A DNA stretch of 60,391 nt, counting the filler, from Sphacelaria rigidula (taxonomy: Eukaryota), in assembly GCA_964200075.2 (NCBI GenBank). It is 6 parts of 6 records of this genome, joined end to end, with 100 filler letters (N's around TTAATTAATTAA, not from the genome) between each part and the next. Parts side by side here need not be neighbours in the genome. Positions count along the whole stretch, not along the records: positions 20,167 to 30,149 come from CAXNAA020007369.1; positions 30,250 to 40,231 come from CAXNAA020007370.1; 4 more parts are not named here. The stretch is one strand, 5' to 3'. Below, in pieces: positions 23,401-35,000 of the stretch. The notes under the pieces are model-generated. The model saw only the letters and a list, made by a program, of their open reading frames with translations, was not told where the DNA came from and ran no database searches. Numbering within the stretch: position 1 is the first letter of the stretch; each line of letters opens with the position of its first letter. The position numbers and the translations under genes were made by a program.

Positions 23401-24292
23401 GCTTGGAACAAAACTCCGCCTTCTTGCTTCCTACCACGCCATACGACGGCAGCGTGGAGCAGCCCTCGTAGCTGCACCTCTTACTCGCGACGTTTACCAT
23501 TCCTGCCTTGGCATGCTCGGAGCAAAACTCCGTCTTCCTACTCCCCGCCACACCACACGACGAATAGGTGGAGCAGCCCTCGTAGCCGCACTTCTTTCTT
23601 ATCACGTTCACCATTCCTGCCCTGGCATGCTTGGAACAAAACTCCGCCTTTTTGCTCCCCGCCACACCACACGACGAATAGGTGGAGCAGCCGTCGTACC
23701 CACACTTATTCCTTGTCACATTCACCATTCCCGTCCTGGCATGCTTGGAACAGAATTCTGCCTTCTTGCTCCCAGCCACACCATACGACGAATTGGTGGA
23801 ACAGCCCTCGTAGCCGCATTCCTTCTGTTTCACATTCACCATTCCCGCCCTGGCATGCTTGGAGCAGAACTCCGCTCTCTTGCTCCCCATCACACCATAC
23901 GACGGCTGCGTGGAGCAGCCCTCGTAGCCGCACTTCTTGTTTACTACGTTTACCATTCCCGCCCTGGCATGCTTGGAGCAGAAGTCCGCCCTCTTGCTCC
24001 CCGCCACACCATACGAGGGCTGCGTGGAGCAGCCCTCGTGGCCGCATTGTTTGTTCTTCACATCCACCATTCCTGCCATGGCATGCCTGGGGCAGTACTC
24101 CGTCCTCTTGCTCCCCGCCACACCATACGTCGGCATCACAGAGCAGCCCTCGTTACCGCACTTCTTGTTTACCACATTCACCATTTCGGTGCTGGCATGC
24201 TTGGAGCAAAACTCCGCCTTCTTGCTTCCTACCACGCCATACGACGGCAGCGTGAAGCATTCCTCGTAGCCGCACTTCTTCACATTCACCAT
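20414..24292 (-). CDS. EsV-1-7-type cysteine-rich repeat protein (28 x 38-aa C-x4-C-x16-C-x2-H repeats, a degenerate 29th, and a low-complexity tail with KRKR)
   Basis: Uninterrupted 1292-aa ORF. Consensus KKCGYEGCSTLPSYGVAGSKKAEFCSKHARAGMVNVxx fits the EsV-1-7 motif known from Ectocarpus and its phaeovirus. The three Cys and the His are kept in all 28 units. The true start is uncertain because a broken extra repeat lies upstream. Confidence 0.88.
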   Translation of the reverse strand: MVNVKKCGYEECFTLPSYGVVGSKKAEFCSKHASTEMVNVVNKKCGNEGCSVMPTYGVAGSKRTEYCPRHAMAGMVDVKNKQCGHEGCSTQPSYGVAGSKRADFCSKHARAGMVNVVNKKCGYEGCSTQPSYGVMGSKRAEFCSKHARAGMVNVKQKECGYEGCSTNSSYGVAGSKKAEFCSKHARTGMVNVTRNKCGYDGCSTYSSCGVAGSKKAEFCSKHARAGMVNVIRKKCGYEGCSTYSSCGVAGSRKTEFCSEHAKAGMVNVASKRCSYEGCSTLPSYGVVGSKKAEFCSKHASAEMVNVVNKKCGNEGCFLLPAYGVAGSKRAEYCSKHARAEMVNVVNKKCGYEGCSTQPSYGVAGSKRAEFCSKHARAGTVNVVNKKCGYEGCSTQPSYGVMGSKRAEFCFKHARAGMVGVKHKECGYEGCSTTSSYGVAGSKKAEFCSKHAGAGMVIVARNKCGYDGCCTYSSFGVAGSKKAEFCSKHARAGMVNVTRKECGYEGCTTTSSYGVAGSKKAKFCSKHARVGMVNVASNKCSYEGCSTLPSYGVAGSKKAEFCSKHARAGMVNVTRKKCGYEGCFTHPSYGSAGSKKAEFCSKHARAGMVDVMSKRCSYEECSTLPSYGVIGSKKAECCSKHARAGMVNVKNKQCGYEACSTLPSYGVAESKKAEFCFKHARAGMVNVVDKKCGHEGCPTLPSYGVAGSKKAEFCSKHARGGMVNVANKKCGYEGCSTLPTYGVVKSKTANFCSKHARAGMVDVVRKTCGYEGCSTLPTHGVAGSKKAEYCFKHARAGMVNVVKKKCSYEECFTLPAYGMAGSKKAEFCSKHAGAGMVNVVKKKCSYEECFTLPAYGMAGSKKAEFCSKHARGEMVNVKNKQCGYEACFTQASYGVAGSKKAEYCPRHARAGMVNVKSKQCGYEACFTQPSYGVAGSKNAEYCPRHARAGMVNVRRKKCGYEGCSTLPSYGVAGSTKAEFCSTHARAGMVNVVSKKCGYESCSTLPSYGVAGSTKAEFCSKHARAGMVNVVTKKCGYEGCSTLPSYGVAGSTKAEFCSKHARAGMVNMVSKRCTEEGCCKSSFNQGNLDEAMVCRHHAGAHGTAKVSDTTELNTAGGTTGGSRTEGGEGEGSAADARGVKRKRAALSGYGANDGVGVRNLCAGSGQEERTSSPPGLSLLLTGQHNSRADDEVPLRAGAGPGMKVELTAPSSTHGGDGMRQCHEQGAASSGWSSEHDGFISSGGGGTGRLCGSPAGVPGRLSTFVDVVFEEVEENSNVKRELGVSSPHHRTPDSW
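21089..24280 (-). repeat. Coding tandem repeat, 28 x 114 bp
   Basis: Exact 114-bp period with no indels over 3192 bp. Confidence 0.95.
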
Positions 24293-25799
24293 TCTTGCCC
24301 TGGCGTGCTTGGAGCAGAACTCTGCTCTATTGCTCCCCCTACACCATGGGACGGCCAGGTGGAGCAGCCCCTCTCACCACACTTCCCAGTCACCACTTGT
24401 AACAGTCTCGCCCTGGTGGATTGAAGCCGAACTCAGGTTTGTAGGCGACGTGGAGGAGCTCTCGTTGATACACTTTATTTCAGCAACGTCGGCCGTCACC
24501 TCCTGTGGCGCTCCTCCAAGACCTGACTCTTGACGATGGCACAAATTTCATGATGGCGGAAAATACTTCGTGAGCCGTGGGCGGAAGGGAGTTGAAATAC
24601 TTCGCAGAACGAATAGGATCGTTGTTGCTGCATATACCCCGGAGAAAAAGCTTCTGTCTGCATTGAAATGAGGAGACATCCCGTGTAAGCTGACGCCAAC
24701 TCGCAAGATTATTCCAGCGAATGCGACGCCTTCTACGCTATTACCGTAGGGATCGGAAGCGGATCAAGCACTAGTGTAGGGCAATCGCAGAACCATGATG
24801 CAGGGGACATGTAAAGTGCAATGCCGATGTTAGCGATGCCCAGCTGCATCAAAAGAAATCACACAGCGATGTATGTTAACATAACAAACTGAGAGCTTAC
24901 AGATCACACAGGACGAGCCTGCTGAAACTCTAGTGCAAAATGATTGGTGAAGAAGTATGGTCCAGCGAGAGCGATCGCTGTATATCATCACATGAGCAAT
25001 AAACTTGGGTAAACCTATGAAAGGCGCGGGTGTGGCCGGGGGTGGCAGCGTTGCTGTTCAACAGCACCAGCCAAGAGGCATGTGCCGTATCATCGCTTGG
25101 GAGAAACGTCACGGTGATGTTGGACTCTCCTGCAGGGCAAAAGAGTACTAAAAAACGGACGTGTATTTCATGTACCGCAGGTTTCATTGCGGATACTGTG
25201 GAAGCCTCTACATCTCATCAGTTGTCTTTGGATGACTTGAGGACACTTGAGCGCAGTATCGATCGATCTTTCATGAAAAAGTCCTTCATTCAACGTGAAA
25301 ATTGAAGGTCCAGTTCTCCTTCGGTTTTTGGGTTGCTGGGTTCCGAGGCGATATTTGAAAACCTGAACTGAGAAAGTCAGCACGACTGTTCCTCATGGAT
25401 CGTGTGTGTTTGGGGTCGTATTTTCCACTATTGGACCTTAGACACGGTTTTTGATCCCTGACAGGGAATATCGCCATCAGACGTCTTGGATACTTTGCAT
25501 CGGTCTACTGAGAGGAGTTTAGCCCACCTTTCATATTCGCTTGGCTCCGAGGTTTCGTGGATGGCCTTTGGGCGAAAACACGGCTTGAATATAAAATGAG
25601 GTGCTTGCAGGTATCGTCGCGCGAAGGTGAGAGTACCGATCGTTTGCCCGTGCTCCACAGAATGTTCGCATTAAACGTCACCATCCGGTGCATATAGCGT
25701 TCGGGGTCTCGTGTAGACTTTCGTATGCACCCTTCTCCGTACGGCACGCGTTCCACGCGACATGGCGCTTAATCGGTGAGAAGTGATTGACCCAGGCTT

Positions 25800-27010
25800 T
25801 TTAAGCACGTGGACATCTCCCAAAAATTACACGATTGGTGAAATGCGTGCATCACGGCCCAGTTCGTGCATGTCGATGAGGTATAGTTATGAGAGCTTGA
25901 ACCCGTTTTAGGCTAGCCCATCTCGAGTATGGTTTCGATCAAATCCGCTGTAACAAGACCTGAAAGTTTCGGGCGGAAACCTTCCCAGGTGATTTCGTGC
26001 TATTAGCTTCAGTCTACGGCCTCTGTGGAAGTTGCAGCAGTGATCACGCGCTACAACGACCACGTCCCCACTGGAGGTTTATGGTCTTTGCCAAAATATT
26101 GAAGGACGTACCGCCGTGGCGGAGATCAGAATTGACGAAGAAACTAAACGATGGGTATGAATCAAGAGTACTACGACGCCAACACCTGCTGCCATCGTTT
26201 CAGTACACACTCGGTCTACATGGCACCATATGCTACGACAGCGTCGAGACGCATGCGGCGAAGAACATGGGCAGACGGCGTATTGGAGTCGAGAAAAAAG
26301 AGCGAAGTAGTCCTGGGACACGTGGTGACGCACGGACAAGCGAGAATCGGACCGCCGTCACAAACGAGAGGCTGCGGCGTCGAGCGATGCCGATCGATAA
26401 ATGCTGTGTGCTCATATTGGTTGTTGATTGTGTCCTTAGTCGGTGGCACTGGGGTGACCCCTGGTGTGTATCCAAATCTACTTTGCTGCCTTCAGTTCTT
26501 TGGGCTTCACCACTTTTGTCGTCTCCTCCCCTTTTATGCATTTTCTCCGTCTTTCTCTCCACACATGTCTTTTTTCCTGCCGGTGTATGGCAAAGCAGTG
26601 TAGTACCTCGCTTCATCGTGTTTTTTCAAGAATGAGCGGACAAGGTCCGTGCGCTAAATAGAGCGATTGTAGTAGAGAGCTGCAATATTTCCCTTCCCAC
26701 GGCCTTTGGCGTGTTACCACTGGGCATGGATGTGGTTTTGCGAAAAATATTTTCCGCTAAGCCGTGTGGTACAGATCGGCCACTTCTTCCCCTGCTTTGC
26801 TTTGCTTTTATTTCAGTTTAGTTTTCTTCGTCGTACACTTTCTAACTTCAAGTTCTGCAAGTCTGAGTCTACTGCGTTGCTCTGTTGATCTTGTCTTCTC
26901 GTTTTCATTCTTCAGCGAGTTTTTCAGCTTTGTTTTGTCTCGGGCACGTCTATCATATATCATGACGGTTGGATCCCTGGGGGTGGTCAGTGAAAGCGCG
27001 ACAATCAATC
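25800..27010 (+). mobile_element. Highly degenerate 3' end of a non-LTR (RTE-like LINE) retrotransposon
   Basis: Broken peptide remnants resemble RTE ORF C-termini (RFMVFAK.., AAKNMGR.RIGVEK). A T-rich 3'UTR ends in CGTCTATCAT..GG(A)CCC..GGGG..TCAGT.AAAG.GCGACAATCAATC, which is shared with 30693-30765. Boundaries are approximate. Confidence 0.45.
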
Positions 27011-28739
27011 GACCACTCAACCAGTCACATCACAGTCCGTGGTGAGGAAACACAGATGAACACATCGCCCAGCGCTTGCCGGCATGCTTTAGCTCAGAAT
27101 AGTGTCAAGAGTCAGTTTGGACAGGCTGCATGCTACACAGAAGCACAGCCCGAATCACCTGACGGGTGAGGGCCTGCAAAACAAGAGTCACACTCGAGTG
27201 ATCAGAAATATAGGACGCATATACATATGACCCGCATCTAAGTTGCATCGAATGCTCATGACCAGGATCGCACAAATTGACTGTATCCTGTCAAGCACAC
27301 TCACTCTGCATCACTACGCCGTACGGTGGCTACAAGGAGCAACGCACGCTATGTGCTCAGCGAGCGAGAGTCCGGACACAGTGTAACAATACCATGGTGC
27401 ACTACATAATAATGGGCGGGAGGCATTGCGTTGGTCGCGTCCACTAATCAAGCTTGGGCTTCGTTGATTTCACGAAGCGAGCGCGAGCAACGAACATTGT
27501 TGTCCATGCCGCATGAAATAGTCCACAAGTACGTAAGAGCACAACACCTTCCTGCTCAATTTTTTTCATGTAAAACATGCCGTGTTTGTTGGGAAAAACG
27601 ATTTGCGCAACATTTAGTGGAGTTGTCGTAGACTCGCCGAATACCTGACAACGTTGTGGGAAGTTGTTTGAAGCTGACAAATATCTGATGGCGCCTTTAT
27701 CCGTTGCGATCCTGTTCTATTCGATCGGTAGAAAAATAGAAAGGCACCCTGTGTGCTGGACGGCAGTTCACTCGACCGTTGAAAGCCAGCAACTTGCTTC
27801 CTCGTGCCCAAGCTGGTACGTGAACATGCGCGTGAAAACATCGATATATGTCGAATCTGAATACCATCACGCACATTTGCCGATCTGTATACGCATATAA
27901 ATAGTGTCTCCGTTCCTTAGTCGTACGTGTGTACGTACTCATGTTCAAGGACTACAACCTAGTACTCCTCAGTCAGGCTGAAACTGCAGAGGAATCCTGG
28001 AGTAGTCAAATGACTGGTTACAAAGAGAAAGTTGGGCCACGTGGTGCTTGTTGTGGGTGGCTTGAATCTCGGATATTCTTGCTCTTATCGTCCCTATATG
28101 TACAGAAACTCGGAGAAATCCAAAAACGTTCGAAAAAACTGAGTCAGATTTCTGAGAACGTTCCGGAGAGTTGTTCCGATATGGCGAAATATAGGGCTGT
28201 GAACTGGACCAGTTTATACTGACGATTAAACTGGAACTGGTGATGGGGACTCTAGTTCATCCAGTTTATTCAAAGCTTGCTGTTACCGGCTATGTTGTTT
28301 ATACCAATTCTAGTATTGTGAGTTTGTAACCAAGATGCTTACATCACTACGAACAAAGTAACAGTAGAATTGGGGCCTGCACCTGACAGCAATACAGAGA
28401 GTACTCGTGGTACGAGCTTGGCCAGCCTAGCAGCGGATTTGAGGTTTGCAGGCTCATTCGCAATGTTATACTTTGGGTTGGACTCCAAAATTCTGTATGG
28501 GCAATCAATACCGTATAATTCAAAAATGATGCGTGAATGGGCCTTTTTGTTTTTTTCATGACTTGACGGCATTTTGCTGCAACCTGAAAACCGATCATTG
28601 CCTTCATCTCATGAGAAAAAAAAAACTTACGGTCCACGCATAACTTTTCAAGGGCAGGTTGAGTAGAGCATACTCAATATCAAGTATTTTAGATAAGTCA
28701 AATTTGCCAAATCAGCTCGACTCGAGCATATCGCTGTGA

Positions 28740-28850
28740 ACGGCACGCCCACCTGGTAATGCACGGCACCGCCGCTGGTAGATTGGCGAAGTTTTGGCGA
28801 TAATGTTACTGTACTGCATTGAGTACCGGGAACGTCTCGTGTCGTTGCGT
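28740..28850 (-). repeat. Dispersed repeat copy, homologous in inverted orientation to 37875-37965
   Basis: Reverse complement ...CAGTACAGTAACATTATCGCCAAAACTTCGCCAATCTACCAGCGGCGGTGCCGTGCATTACCAGGT aligns with CAGTACAACATCATCATTGCCAAAATCACGTCAATCGAACAGCGGCGGAGTCGTTCATGACCAGGT. Confidence 0.6.
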
Positions 28851-29129
28851 GATGGCGTGTCTGATGACGTTCCGTTTCACGACATGCGGTGAAACTACGG
28901 TACGGAATTGCGCCGCACAGACATGCGTTGACTCGACATTCCCAGGCAAAAGCACACTGGTACGAGTTGTGCTGTAAGATGGCATCAAGGTTGTCAATGG
29001 CTTCATCATGGGAGAGAACCTCCCAGCCGACGGTCATTTACCATCGGAAGAGGGAGAAGTTCTACCTCAAACGGCGCTTTACACCCCCCAGATGCAAGGC
29101 GCGATGCCAGATTTGCGCAAAAACAGATG

Positions 29130-29197
29130 GTCGTGTCGGGATTCGAACTCGTGAGCTGTCATAAGAGACGGTTCTACCAGTTTGACCACCGCGTGCC
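29130..29197 (-). repeat. tRNA-like Pol III A/B-box remnant (possible SINE head)
   Basis: The minus strand has TGGTCAAACTGG (A-box-like) followed by GAGTTCGAATCCC (B-box-like), but there is no complete cloverleaf. Confidence 0.3.
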
Positions 29198-30149
29198 AAA
29201 CGAAAAAATGGATGCGGTGGGTAATTCGAAGAGTGAGCCGCTAAAATTTCGACACAACATATTCATCATCACTACGCACGACATTTTTGGAAGTGCATCC
29301 GTATTTCTTTTTTTCACGGAGTTATCTCGTTTTTCTAGTTTCTGCAGCAACTTGAAATCGCTCAAACTTTATGGGGGGGGGGGCGGGGGGGCTTTTTTCC
29401 GATACAACTCGAGAAATGTTGTGCGTAGGGATGATAAAAATATCCGCACCGCGGAGCGACTTGTCCTCCGTACACATCCCTGCTAAATAAGATGAATAGT
29501 TTTAAAAAGTATTTTTTAATTAATTAAATTAAAGATTGTTTGAGGATGGATGGTTGGATGGTTGATTTATTTTTTTGAGCAAGGGAAAGACAACATATTG
29601 CTGCAGTGAAAACCTAAAAACAACCGACCAAAGGGAATGAACGCAGACACACGAGAGGAATGTCACATGCTGTATAATTTCAAATTCCACTGGTATCAAA
29701 AAAGTCACACGCTGTATAATTTGGGGCTTTAGGAAACCCTAACTTGATGCCCTCACGCTTGCTGCAACTTGAAGAAAATTTATCAGAAGCCATCTAGGAA
29801 CGTTGACTTAAAACACTACATGTGAAGTCTTGAACTGATAGGCACTGGCGAAAAAAATCAAATTCCTGGAGATTGACCCTGGCGTGTGGGTCAAAAAGCA
29901 CGCCGAAGTGATGCCGTTGACGGGTGGTAGACCATGCCGGTTGTTGACGGTCGACTATTATATCTGAAGTTTTGACAGTTTGAAGTTTCTGTTGTGGGCT
30001 GTTCAGACGGAAAACGTACTTTCTCAGGTACCGCGGATGGACATGATGTCATCGGGCACGCAAATAACATGGGAGTAGAAGGCGGGCGGGGAGGAGGTGA
30101 GGCGAGGGAAGGGGAGGGGTTCGTAGATTATTGTGTTGTCTGCGGCACA

Positions 30150-30249
30150 NNNNNNNNNNNNNNNNNNNNNNNNNNNNNNNNNNNNNNNNNNNNTTAATTA
30201 ATTAANNNNNNNNNNNNNNNNNNNNNNNNNNNNNNNNNNNNNNNNNNNN
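30150..30249. other. Artificial contig linker
   Basis: N44-TTAATTAATTAA-N44. Confidence 0.99.
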
Positions 30250-30389
30250 AGTGTGGGGAAAGCACTGTTTTAGGCTTGAGCCTCATCTCGAAGTTAAACC
30301 TCAATTCTCACAATTTGTTGTTATCAGTTGACTTGTGCGTGGGGTGTTCGGCTCGTCATGGAACCTGGGCAACACACTATACGTGCACA

Positions 30390-30765
30390 CTCTTTTCTTT
30401 CTTTCTTTTTTTTCCCCCCATCGTTTCATTGTTTTTATTTTATTTTATTTTATTTACTTCGTAATCTCCTCCTGTTTTCCTTTTTCTTGCTTCAGGTCGG
30501 CCATTTCTTCCTGTGCTTTGCTTGTGTTGACTTTTAATTACTTTTTTTGTCACGACTTAGTCTGCTATGTCATCCTGTTCGACCACTCTCTTCTTTTTTT
30601 TCTGTTTCTGTTCCTAATTTTTCTCTTTCTGTTTCTTTTTTCTTTTTTCTTTTTTTCTTTGGAGCGTGTTTGAGTTTCGTTTTTTTTGGGTACGTCTATC
30701 ATGAGACCATGGCTGGACCCCAGGGGGTCAGTTAAAGTGCGACAATCAGTCAATCAATCAATCAA
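30390..30765 (+). mobile_element. 3'UTR and (TCAA)n tail of a LINE-like element
   Basis: T-rich tract sharing TCGGCCA.TTCTTCC..TGCTTTGCTT with 26776-26802, with a terminal motif as at 26948-27010 and a (TCAA)n tail. Confidence 0.55.
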
Positions 30766-32009
30766 AGTTATCCCTTGGCCATGTGACGCGTTGGTCTGTT
30801 GGCGTGCCGTCACGACGATATCATCTCATATTGGGACAGAATTTTCTTTGAAGAAGAATGGCGAGTGATCCCTGCTTCACATGAAGGTCCGAATCATCAC
30901 GACCATCGTCAACGATTACAAGTTTGATGAAAAATCATCTTTCGACGAGACACGGCCTGTGATAAACACCCTTCACAACAGCAACAGCCAACGGGATGTT
31001 ACAAATTGGGGATGGATATTCATTGGGGGATGAGGAACCCGGAGAAATAAAACCTCCGTATCCACCCCAAATCTTTGAAATATGGTTCCATTTCTTCACC
31101 TACTGATAACTTTTGACAACTGTCACACGCCATGAGTTTTGATTTCGATCACCGAAATGTTGGGGTCCTAGGTGAAAAACCAATTTCAGAACCATTTTGA
31201 TGTCCGTTCGGACACGCGGAATTCCCCAAAATTGGTTCTTTATCAGAAAGTGAAAAAATGTGGAACCATGTTTCGAAGATTTGGTGTGGATACGAAGATT
31301 TTAAGTCTCGAGGTTTCTCATTCCCCAAAAGAGATCCATCCCCAATATGTAAGATCCCGTGTTCAACGCGCCTATCAACAGTGCATCGGGTTAGATAACG
31401 GTGTGTTGTTGGCTACGGGGTATATTAATGGCAGCCGGTGCAGTGAAAGTGTGGATCTACACCACTCGTGTATGTATGCGTGATAAAAATCGAATATAAA
31501 AAATAAGATGCTGCTTGGGATGCGAAGGTTCACGAGTACGGTGGCCTCGACAGTAAATTCCAAAACCATCACGGGTCGGAAGGATTGATGATTCGGCTGG
31601 AACCTAATTGATTTTTGTTTCAAGAGTTTCCGCTCAGTCCACCTTCGGTACATGTATCAGGTAATAACGGGTTGGTCTCTCGGGGATCAGAAATGTTGTG
31701 ACAACCATTGACCATCAAACACACCACTGCAGAGAAATCAACAGCACACGGGAAAAGGTGTGATAAAGCTTGTGCTGCAGTGCAGAATAGCATCACGTGT
31801 ACATCGCTCATTTCCTCATTGAAGATCTCCTCGATTTTGGTCGGATGTTCAAAACGGGTGCACATTTCGATCAGAAACCCGCCCGTTGATTAAATTACGA
31901 AATCTTGGAGGCCACGTCTGTTCAATATACGCTCAACTTGTTCCATGGGAGTTGGTTCCATAAAGGGTTTGAATATAGCCGCGATTTTGATTTTGAACGG
32001 CTCCCATCG

Positions 32010-35000
32010 AAGCTGTCACTGAGATCCGACGCCCTCGCGCTGTTCACTACAATGCAGGGGAGGTACACGGAGGCAGAACCACTGTATGAGCAGTGCCAGA
32101 GGATCCAGGTGAAGGTGCTAGGTACTAAGCACCCATCGCTGGCTACAACGCTCCACAGCCGTGCGATGTTGAAAAAATCTCAGGTAAGAGCCGATAGAGG
32201 CATTGGAATGTCGTATGTTGATGTGTCAACGGTCGTGTGTGGTGTTCGATGTTGTTCGCTGATGCTGTGAGCCCATGCTAGTGAGACAATGAGTGCGGCG
32301 CAATCAATTTGCTGTACGTGAGAGATGTGAAGAATGGACGTAGTAACGTTGTTTGTGAGCTCACAGCTCTCACCGCCTGAACATGCGGGCGGGGTGTTGG
32401 AGCGAGCGTGTCACCGCAGTACTGGGTGGAGCTGTGACGGAGACACGACGCCCTCGCGCTGTTTCCTACAATGCAGGGTAGGTACATGGAGGCGGAGCCA
32501 CTGTACGAGCAGTGTCAGGCGATCCAGGTGCAGGTGCTGGGCCCCGAGCACCCGGAGTTGGCCACGACGCTCCACAACCGTGCGGGATTGTATGAAGCTC
32601 AGGTGAGAGCCCATGGAGGCTTTTGGTAGTCGTGTGCCGACGTGTCACCACAGTTGTCGGTGGAGCTGTGCCAGAGACCCGACGCCCTCGCGCCGTTTAC
32701 TACAATGCAGGGTAGGTACGCGGAGGCAGGGCCACTGTACGAGCAGTGTCAGGCGATCCAGGTGAACGCGCTAGGCACTGAGCACCCTTCGTTGGCCACG
32801 ACGCTCCACAACCGTGCGGGATTGTATAAAGCTCAGGTGAGAGCCGACTAAGGCTTATGGTTGTCGCGTGTTGACGTGTCAAAAGCCGTGCCTGGTGATC
32901 GATGTTGTTGGCTGATGCTCTGGGTCACTGCTAGTGAGGCCATAGATGCGGCGGAGTCAACTGTTTGCACGTGAGAACCGTGAAGAATGGGCACTGTACC
33001 GTCGGTTGTGAGCTTACAGCGCCTACCGCCTGCATATGCGGGTGGGGCAGTGGAGCGAGCGTGTCACCGCAGTTGCAGGTGAAGCTGTGACTGAGATGCG
33101 ACGTCCTCCTGCTGTTTACTATACTGCAGGGTAGGTACGTGGAGGCGGAGCCACTGTACGCACAGTGTCAGGCGATCCAGGTGAAGGTGCTAGGCCCTGA
33201 GCACCCGTCGTTGGCCACGACGCTCCACAGCCGTGCGGGATTGTATCAAGCGCAGGTGGGAGCCGATAGAGGCTTGTGATTGTCGCGTGCTGACGTGTCA
33301 ATGATCCTGCGTAGTGTTCGATGTTGTTCGCTGATGCTGTGGGCCCATGCTAGTGATGCTCTATTTGCGGCGGAGTCAACTAGTTGTACGCGACAGTCGT
33401 GAAGAATGGACGTAGTACCGTCGGTTGTGAGCATACAGCACTCACCGCCTGCACGTATGGTCGGGGTGGTGGAGCGAGCGTTTCACCGTAGTTGTAGGTC
33501 AATCGGTGACTGAGACAGGACGCCTTCGCGCTGTTTACTACAATGCAGGGGAGGTACGCAGAGGCTGAGCCACTATATGAGCAGTGTCAGGCGATGAAGG
33601 AGAAAGTGCTAGGCCCTGAGCACCCGTCGTTGGCCACGACGCTCCACAGCCGTGCGGCATTGTATCAAGCTCAGGTGAGAGGCTTGTGGTTGTCGTGTGT
33701 TGACGTGTCAACGGCCGTGTGCGGTGTGTAATGTCTGCTGATGCTGAAGGCTAATGCTAGTAGGACCATAGGTGCGGCGGAATCAATTGTTTGTACGTCA
33801 GAGCCATGAAGAATAGGCGTTTTAACGTTGGTTGTGAGCATACAGCACTCGCCGCCTGCATAAGCGGGCGGGGCGGTGGAGCGAGTGAGTCACCGCAGTA
33901 TTAGATGGAGCTGTGACCGAGACACGACGCTCTCGCGCTGTTTACTACAATACAGGGGCGGTACACAGAGGCAGAGCCACTGTACGAGCAGTGCCAGGAG
34001 ATTCAGGTGAAGGTGCGAGGGCCAGAGCACCCGTCGTTGGCCACGACGCTCCACAGTCGTGCGGGATTGTACAAAGCTCAGGTGGGAGCCGATAGAGGCA
34101 TTGGAATGCCGTGTGTTGACGTGTCAACGGCCGTTTGCGGTGTTCGATGTTGTTCGCTGATGCTGTAGGCTAATGCGAGTGAAGCCATAGGTACGGCGGA
34201 ATCAACTCGTTGTACGCGAGAGCCGTGAAGAATAGGCGTAGTACCGTCGGTTGTGGGCAAACAGCGCTCACGGCCTGCACATTGGGCGGGGCGATGTAGC
34301 GAGCGTGTCACCGCAGTTGTAGGTGGAGCTGTGACTGAGGCTCGATGTCCTCGCGCTCTTACTACAATGCAGGGTAGGTACCCGGAGGCGGAGCCATTGT
34401 ACGAGCAGTGCCAGAGGATCCAGGAAAAGATGCTAGGCACTGAGCACTCGTCGTTGGCTACGACGCTCCACAGCCGTGCGGAATTGTATAAAGTTCAGGT
34501 GAGAGCCGATGTAATTTCTTTTTTGTCGTGTGTTGACGTGTCAACGGTCGTGTGTGGTGTTCGATGTTGTTCGCTGATGCCGTGGGCCGATGCGAGCGAT
34601 GCCCTAGTTTATGCGGAATCAACTCGTTGTACGTGAGAGCCGTGATGAATGGGCGCAGTACCTGTGCTTGTAAGCTTACAGCGCCTACCGCTGGCAGATG
34701 CCGGTGGGGTGGTGGAGCGAACGTGTCACCGCCGTTATAGGTGGAGCTCGAACTCACACCCGACGCCCTCGCGCTGTTACTACAATGCAGGGTAGATACG
34801 AGGAAGCGGAGCCACTGTATGAGCAGTGCCAGGCGATCCAGTTGAAGGTGCTAGGCCCTGAGCATCCGGAGCTGGCCGCGACGCTCCACAACCGTGCGGG
34901 ATTGTATCAAGCTCAGGTGGGAGCCGATAGGGGCTCTGGAATGTCGTGTGTTGACGTGTCAACGGTCGTTTGCGGTGTTGGATGTTGTTCGCTGATGGTG

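Noticed and set aside
20414-24292. Endogenous phaeovirus insertion
   Set aside because: EsV-1-7 repeats are common in host genes, and no other viral-type genes or gene-dense region flank the ORF.
21347-24424. 1025-aa plus-strand ORF and other overlapping ORFs
   Set aside because: Antisense shadow of the 114-bp coding repeat; a stop-free frame is simply propagated by the repeat, and it has no independent motif.
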